64,000 bases of DNA from Chrysomallon squamiferum (lineage: Eukaryota > Animalia > Mollusca), in assembly GCA_012295275.1 (NCBI GenBank), contig CM022674.1:11346001-11410000 (forward strand), given 5' to 3'. The translations under genes were made by a program, and so were the position numbers. Numbering within the stretch: position 1 is the stretch's first letter; every line of letters starts with the position of its first letter. The notes beneath the pieces were generated by a model that was given only the letters and a program-made list of their open reading frames with translations, had not been told where the DNA came from and made no database searches. Below are positions 57,320-64,000 of the stretch, in pieces.

Positions 57320-57612
57320 TATATAATATAAATTGATATCACATCCATGAGTATATTTATTAGTGTTCCTTTATGTAACAGCAAGAAATATGATATCCCT
57401 GTATACATTAGTTTTTTTTTTTATTATTAATTTTATAATATAAATTGAAATTACATCTTTGTATATATATTAGTTTTTCATTTATTTCACATAAACTGAT
57501 AATCACATCCCTTTGTACATTTATTAGTTTTCGTTTATATAATACAAATAATTATCACATCCCTGTATAGATTAGTTTTAATTTATGCAGTATAAGTTAA
57601 TATCACATCTCT
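57320..57612. repeat. Minisatellite, ~50-55-bp degenerate unit
   Basis: About six recurrences of atatcacatccc.tgtata.attagtttt. Confidence 0.7.
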
Positions 57613-57620
57613 CTGATGAG

Positions 57621-57775
57621 GAGGGATGTGTATAAAAAGGCCACTCATTGCTAATTCCAAGCAAAAAGTTCTAGAGTGAGTTTTATATATTATGAATGAT
57701 CCAGTAGCAGAAACCAGTAACTTAATAACAGATAACAGAAAATATGTTGTTTTATGTCATTAATAAAAATGTAAA
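57621..57775 (+). mobile_element. SINE core/3' fragment
   Basis: gggatgtgtataaaaaggccactcattgctaat...aatatgttgttttatgtcattaataaaa resembles the core and tail of the same SINE family; heavily decayed. Confidence 0.4.
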
Positions 57776-57874
57776 TAGTCGAACAGACAATTAAACACAC
57801 ATATACGCACAAACGCACACACACATATGCAAATGTACTAGTTTAAAAATGTGTTATATATTTAATAGAAACAA

Positions 57875-57913
<39 letters not shown>

Positions 57914-58140
57914 GTAAATAAATATATAAATTTTAATACAGTATGTTTTAGCTTTTAAGATTTGAAGAATTAAAGAGATCTTTAAAAATCTGATACGAGG
58001 GAAATAGATATACTGATACGTGTATTTTAGATAAAGTAGACAGACAGACAGAGAGACAGATATACAGACAGATAGCTACATAAACAAATAGATATATAGG
58101 TAGATTTGATTAATTAAGATAATCAAGAAATAAATTTGAC

Positions 58141-58187
<47 letters not shown>

Positions 58188-61100
58188 CAATAATAACATA
58201 CATAACATAATCAGCGAAAAATTAAATTCATTTTTATATAAAAATATATATAAATGAACAACAAAAAATGTTTAAAATCTTGTTTTTTTTGTGGGTTTTT
58301 TAAATGATAAGCATAATGTAAAACATTCAAATTTTAAAATGTTAACAAATCTGGAGAAAAAAAAATACTTATAAAAATAAAAAATAAAATAATAAAAAAA
58401 GAAATAAAAAAAGAATAAAAAGATAAAAAATGAAAAATATATTTACTTTATTTTTTTTTTGTATTATTATTATTGTTGTTATTTATATGTGTTAACATTT
58501 TCTGATTATAAATTAAATATATGAAGTTTTTTTAGATCTCTAAACTTATTGGCACTTCAGTTTACGTGTGTGATTCAACAGTTGTCAGCTACGTGTTTGA
58601 GTTAACGCAGTTTTAATGAAACAGACTCCAGATCACTTGTAGACAACGGTTCAGAGGCGACAGTTTCGTGTCGTGCACAATCCTGCACTCAAACTAACCC
58701 CATATGAATATTCATAAATATCTTTCTTTTTCTTAACCCCACTCCTTTTTTTTTATCTTATCTTTTATTTATTTTTTTTTATTTTTTTAATAAATGGCAT
58801 GGGTATTTGTAAAATGGTCTCTACTGTAATAAACTTATGAAGAAAATACAGATAGAATAGTTTTTAAAAATCAATAAAGGTTAATGAATAATAAAATAAT
58901 CTTCTGTAATAAAATGACGTTATTTCATTATCAGTCCCATCTTTACCGATTATGAATTGCGTCATGAATATTAATTAGTTTTCTTCTGTCATTCAGAGCA
59001 TTTAAATTGTGGAGATTTAAAAGTCGCAAACTCACTAGGTGATTTTAAAAAAAACAAATTAAATTTTTATTTTTTATTTTTTTTTATGACGCTGAAATTT
59101 GATCGGATTACTGCATAAAAAGCCAAAAAAAAAGTAGTTCCTTGTTTTCTCTCTCTCTATATAATTACTTTAAGATTATACCGTTACATTTTATATATTT
59201 AAATAATACTTTTTAATTATTATTTTAATAAATTTGTTTAAATTCTGAGTCAAACTGATAATGCAGCTTTACCTAGTAACAGTTTTTAAAATATTTAACT
59301 AAAGAATCAACTTAGTGAATGGACGATATTCAAAATAAACGAAACAAGATCAAATAAAATAAATAAACAAAATGAACGAACACAAATAAACAAAAATTCA
59401 TTATATAAATATAAATAAACAAAAGTTATTTATCTGCATGCTCTACAAAATAACATCATTAAATAAATAAGTAAATAAATAATATTACGTAAATTATAAA
59501 TAAACTTTAAAAACTTCAGACAAAAAAGTTGAAGTACTCCATAACACAGCATTAAAAAAAAAAAAATAATAAAAAAATATAAAAAATAAAAACTGTTAGA
59601 AGAAAAAGAGTTAACTCACATATCAAAGCGGTAATTTCTCCGAATTTTAGAGAATATATTCCGTGTGCACTAAATTCCCAACACAGAAATAAAAATAATA
59701 AACAACAATATCAAAGTCTACAGTGTCTCAACAAAACTTTTTTTTTCTTACACACCTGCAGTGGACAGTGTCATATCTCCACACCTTTATCCCAGGTACG
59801 TTTCAGGTGAGAAAGTATCGCTTCATCCACAGACCCACCGACAAAATGAAACTCTTAACGAGTGAGGCGAGGTGCTGTTTAAACAAGCCTACTTTCCACT
59901 GACAACCACCTGCTTCTAAATGTCGCTACACCAAATAATAAAAAAGACACCGCTACCCTGTCAATCAAATCCAGCAAACAGTCAAATTCGACCAGCTACA
60001 AAACGCCAGTCAGAACGACCATTGAGAAGTTAGCTCCGCCTACGCCAGTAAACCCTTCCCACCAACGATAGCTCCTCCCACGTTTTATTGACCATTATTA
60101 TCGCAAAGAGAAGAAGACGAGAGAGAGGGGAAAAAGACAGTTTTGCATAAATCTAACAGGATCGAAATTGGCACAAACGCTGCGACAGAGTTAAGTGGTG
60201 GGTTTCATATCTAGAATCGCTGGTACTTCTTCCCAGCGTTTTCTACAAAGAGAAGTTCACGTTTTTCAACTTGAACCACTCGAGACGGCAACACCGTGTG
60301 TTATCGATAGCAACTATTTTTACTTTTACACTCGGATGATACGCTATTAGGCAGTATTTACACCTACTAGATAGATACAGGGAATACCTCACTTTCTTAT
60401 TACTTTCATAAATTTTGATTTCGAGTGGCGGGGATGAGGTAGGGATGACGCGGAACATGCCGTTCAGAGACAAGATATCACGAATACTGTCGTATACCTG
60501 TCATACTTTACCCCGCGCCGTAAATTACTGGTAACTTTTCATAACCGGGAGAAGTGTGTGGATTTAAGAGGATTTTAAAGTCATATTTTTTTTTCGTTAT
60601 ATATATTTTTTTTAAAAGGTCAGTGATAACATAGTGAAGGTATACAACGCTTATGTAAAGAGGGAATTAATGATTAAAATTACGATATTATAACAGATGT
60701 CTGTATGTTTTTATATCAAATGCAAGAAGTACATATGTAGGTTGCATTTTTTTTTTTATGTGTTGGTGTATGTGCGTTTAATATATGTGTGTGTGTCTCT
60801 GTTTATATATATGGATTTATACAGTTTGCATGTAGACATAAATACACTGAAATTTCATATCTCATGCTCATAATATTATATGTCATTATTTAAGACACGA
60901 AACTTATGTACTCGCAGTTTTATAACATTAAATAATAATAAAGAAAAGAAGAGTTATTTTTACCACAGTAATAATCTACGAGTGTTGACCCTTGAACTAA
61001 AATAAACGATGTCAATCAAAAATCAATCACTGACAGTGACAACGTAAAAACGAGTGACGGCTGTTCACCATTCGATCTGTCAGTGACACGCGCTAACTGG

Positions 61101-61406
61101 AAATAAAATAAATTATTAAACTAATTAAGAACAGAGATATCAGGGCAGAGACTGCATGGATGCATTAATTAGGTAAAACGACCACGCCCTCTGCCACAGT
61201 TTTTTATACGTCATTCATAAAATGGAGGATAAAAGAAAAGAAAAGAAAAAGACGCAGAAACCGTTTTTAATTGTAAAACGGTAACAGAAAAAAATAAATA
61301 AATAATTTAAAAACATAAAAAATAAAAATGAAAATAGAAAGTAAATAAATAAATAATGATAGATAAATAAAAAGATAAACATATACATTTAATGATGATG
61401 TTGATG

Positions 61407-61473
<67 letters not shown>

Positions 61474-61507
61474 TATCTAATAATAATAATATTAACAAAC
61501 AAACAAA

Positions 61508-61542
<35 letters not shown>

Positions 61543-61544
61543 AA

Positions 61545-61580
<36 letters not shown>

Positions 61581-62119
61581 ATCTTAACAGGAACAAGAAG
61601 AACGCAAAACACAAAAAAAAAAAAAAAATTTTTTTTTTTAGATATTCAATAAGCATTATCACTTTGTCTAATTCACCTTTCCCATCTGCTTCGTTCAAAC
61701 GTCACAACAGCACGTGTGTGTAAAAACACTAACATCTTTTCTTTCTTACACAAAAACACACCCACAGAAAACACATCGCCCCACCACCGCCGAGCAGGGC
61801 GGGATGCTTGCAGCCAGACAATGGCGGCTTCCACAGACTACAGAAACAGACATCGCTGTCATGGAAACCCCTGGGTCATCTGTCACGAGCCCAGGTGAGG
61901 GACAGCTACCTGAGTCACGTGACTGATAATAATCTTTTATCTCGTTTTCATTATTATCATATTCAAAGAATGGAGAAAGAACGAAAAAAAAAAAAATTGA
62001 ATATTAAATAAATTTTCTTTTATGAAAAGAGAGGATTTCTTTTTTTTTGTTTTTTTTTTCTTTCGAGATTTGTATATTTTTATTTTATTTTTCTTATTTA
62101 TTTTATTTATTTGTTTGAT

Positions 62120-62178
<59 letters not shown>

Positions 62179-62186
62179 TTATTTGT

Positions 62187-62233
<47 letters not shown>

Positions 62234-63691
62234 TTTTTCCAAACAGAATATCAATTTTTAATTAATAATATCTGAGAGATGATTTTCTAACTGTCTGTCT
62301 GAGTGTCTGTGTGTGTTTCACAAACATACATAATGTATAAAACGATACACTTATAAAAATATAATGAGGTATTAATTTTAAGGTACCGCTTTTTAAAAAG
62401 ATTTTCAATCGTTTAATTAAATTTTTCTTACATTATAATTATTTAACTAGTGATAATTAGAGCTTTCAAAATAATAACAATAACAATAATAATAATGATA
62501 ACAATAATAACAATAATAATAATAATAAAAATAGTTTTCTTATTATGCAACTTTATGCTTTTTCATTATAAACGAAAATTAAATTAAGAATTTATATTTT
62601 TAATTTCTTTCTGCTGATCTGAGATCTATTCATGAGAGTGATTATAATAATAAAAAAGAAAAGTTCAGCACATCTGCCAGCGCCAAACAAAGCTTCAACA
62701 GAATAAAACAAGAAGATCAGCGAAAAGCTTTTTCTTCAAATGAAATATCACGGTTCAACAAACACATCGATTTTAAAAACCAAATACAAAATTAGTTTAA
62801 AAAGATATCAGAAATCAAGAAGTTCAGCGAATAAGCAGAAAACGCTTGACTAATAATAATAATAATAATAAAACACGATGACATCAACGACGTCATCGGT
62901 GACACCATCATCAGATGCATCGACAACAATCAGCTGGCTGGGTGTGGTCTTTATAAAAGACAAAATGCAAAAAATATTTTTTGTTTTTTTTAAATCTTGA
63001 AGAAGAGAAAAAAGAGATGGGCAGATGCTACAAGACAGCTGCGACATCGTCGCCACATTCTCCCCCCACACCCACACCATCACCCCGGCCCCACCCCCAG
63101 GTCTGCCTGTGTTTGTTGACCCGCCTGTCAGTTCGGATCTCACCTGACAACGTAATTGTGTTGTCAATGTGCCGTAATTCATCTAATTGTTTACACGTTA
63201 GCGGCGCTGAAAGACGCCCGCGTTGGAAGCCGTCGTGGACGCTGCGGCAGCTGTTGTGGCTGAGTGAGCACGAGAAGAAAACAAAACAAAACAGACAACG
63301 TGGCAGAGCACACAACGAGACAAAAAACATCGCGAAATGAACGCGCGATTATTATTAAAACTTAATGATTTATTTTATTATACTGTTGTTGTTTTTTTTT
63401 TTTTCTTTTTCTTTCTTTCTTTTCTGTTTTAATTTTCTTATTTAAAAAAAATAATAATAATAATAAAAATAAAAAAACAAATTCTGTTAGAATCGATAAT
63501 TTAATTTAACTGAGATTTAAAAATAAATAATAAATAAATAAAAAAGTTGTGTCAACGTTTAGGATAAAGTAAAAATTGTCTGGTGAGCATTTAGTATCAT
63601 ATTTACATAATTTTGCTCTATCAAGGCCTTTCTCACTCAATAAAACGAGAAAAAAGAAAAGAGAAAAGAAGAGAGAGAGAGTGTGTGTGTA

Positions 63692-63734
<43 letters not shown>

Positions 63735-64000
63735 CAGAGAGAGAGACAGAGAAATCGCATATGCGACCCATTCACCTGTAATTACTATTCGATTATCAAT
63801 AATAAAATCTGCACTTAACATTATTAATAAAACTCAAACAACTTTCCTCCATTTCCCCTCTCCAAGGACATCACTTTAATATCATTTACATACAGTTAAT
63901 AAAAACACGGTAAAAAGCCAACTGAAAACACACAAACACTTAACATTATAATGTCAACGCTGAGGACAAGCGAAACTGCAGAGTGGGACCCATCTATATC

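Noticed and set aside
57601-57634. Hammerhead ribozyme (CTGATGAG inside the hairpin CACATCTCTC/GAGGGATGTG)
   Set aside because: The motif lies mostly in a terminal loop, with no three-way junction or correctly placed GAAA/NUH. The stem arises where a minisatellite unit meets a SINE fragment.
56677-64000. PR/SET-domain exons of PRDM3/16
   Set aside because: I found no I.Y....DI..GEELL-type coding segment on the - strand by eye; these exons probably lie beyond the window end.

Overview
This is AT-rich, microsatellite-dense animal genomic DNA, probably from a gastropod mollusc (inferred from SINE/MITE remnants and protein style, not proven). It holds two convergent spliced genes. (1) On the + strand, the last seven coding exons (504-4997) of a formylglycine-generating-enzyme paralogue that lacks the catalytic cysteines and ends in RVEL*, i.e. 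SUMF2/pFGE-like. (2) On the - strand, the last three coding exons (56676-47661) of the PRDM3/16 (MECOM/EVI1-PRDM16-Hamlet) zinc-finger gene, with 6+3 fingers, PFDLS/PLDLS CtBP motifs, an acidic tail and a probable ~3.1 kb 3'UTR. Its PR-domain exons are not visible in the window. Between the genes is a ~39 kb gene desert of microsatellites alternating with CpG-rich unique islands. Two observations stand out. First, about 93 nt after the PRDM3/16 stop codon there is a miR-133 site with seed pairing, a central bulge and near-complete 3' pairing, the architecture of a target-directed miRNA degradation (TDMD) trigger. Second, 4-5 same-orientation non-coding modules anchored on TTCCCAGGACA recur across 8-22 kb with colinear sub-motifs. 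Almost all other ORFs in the supplied track are microsatellite artefacts.
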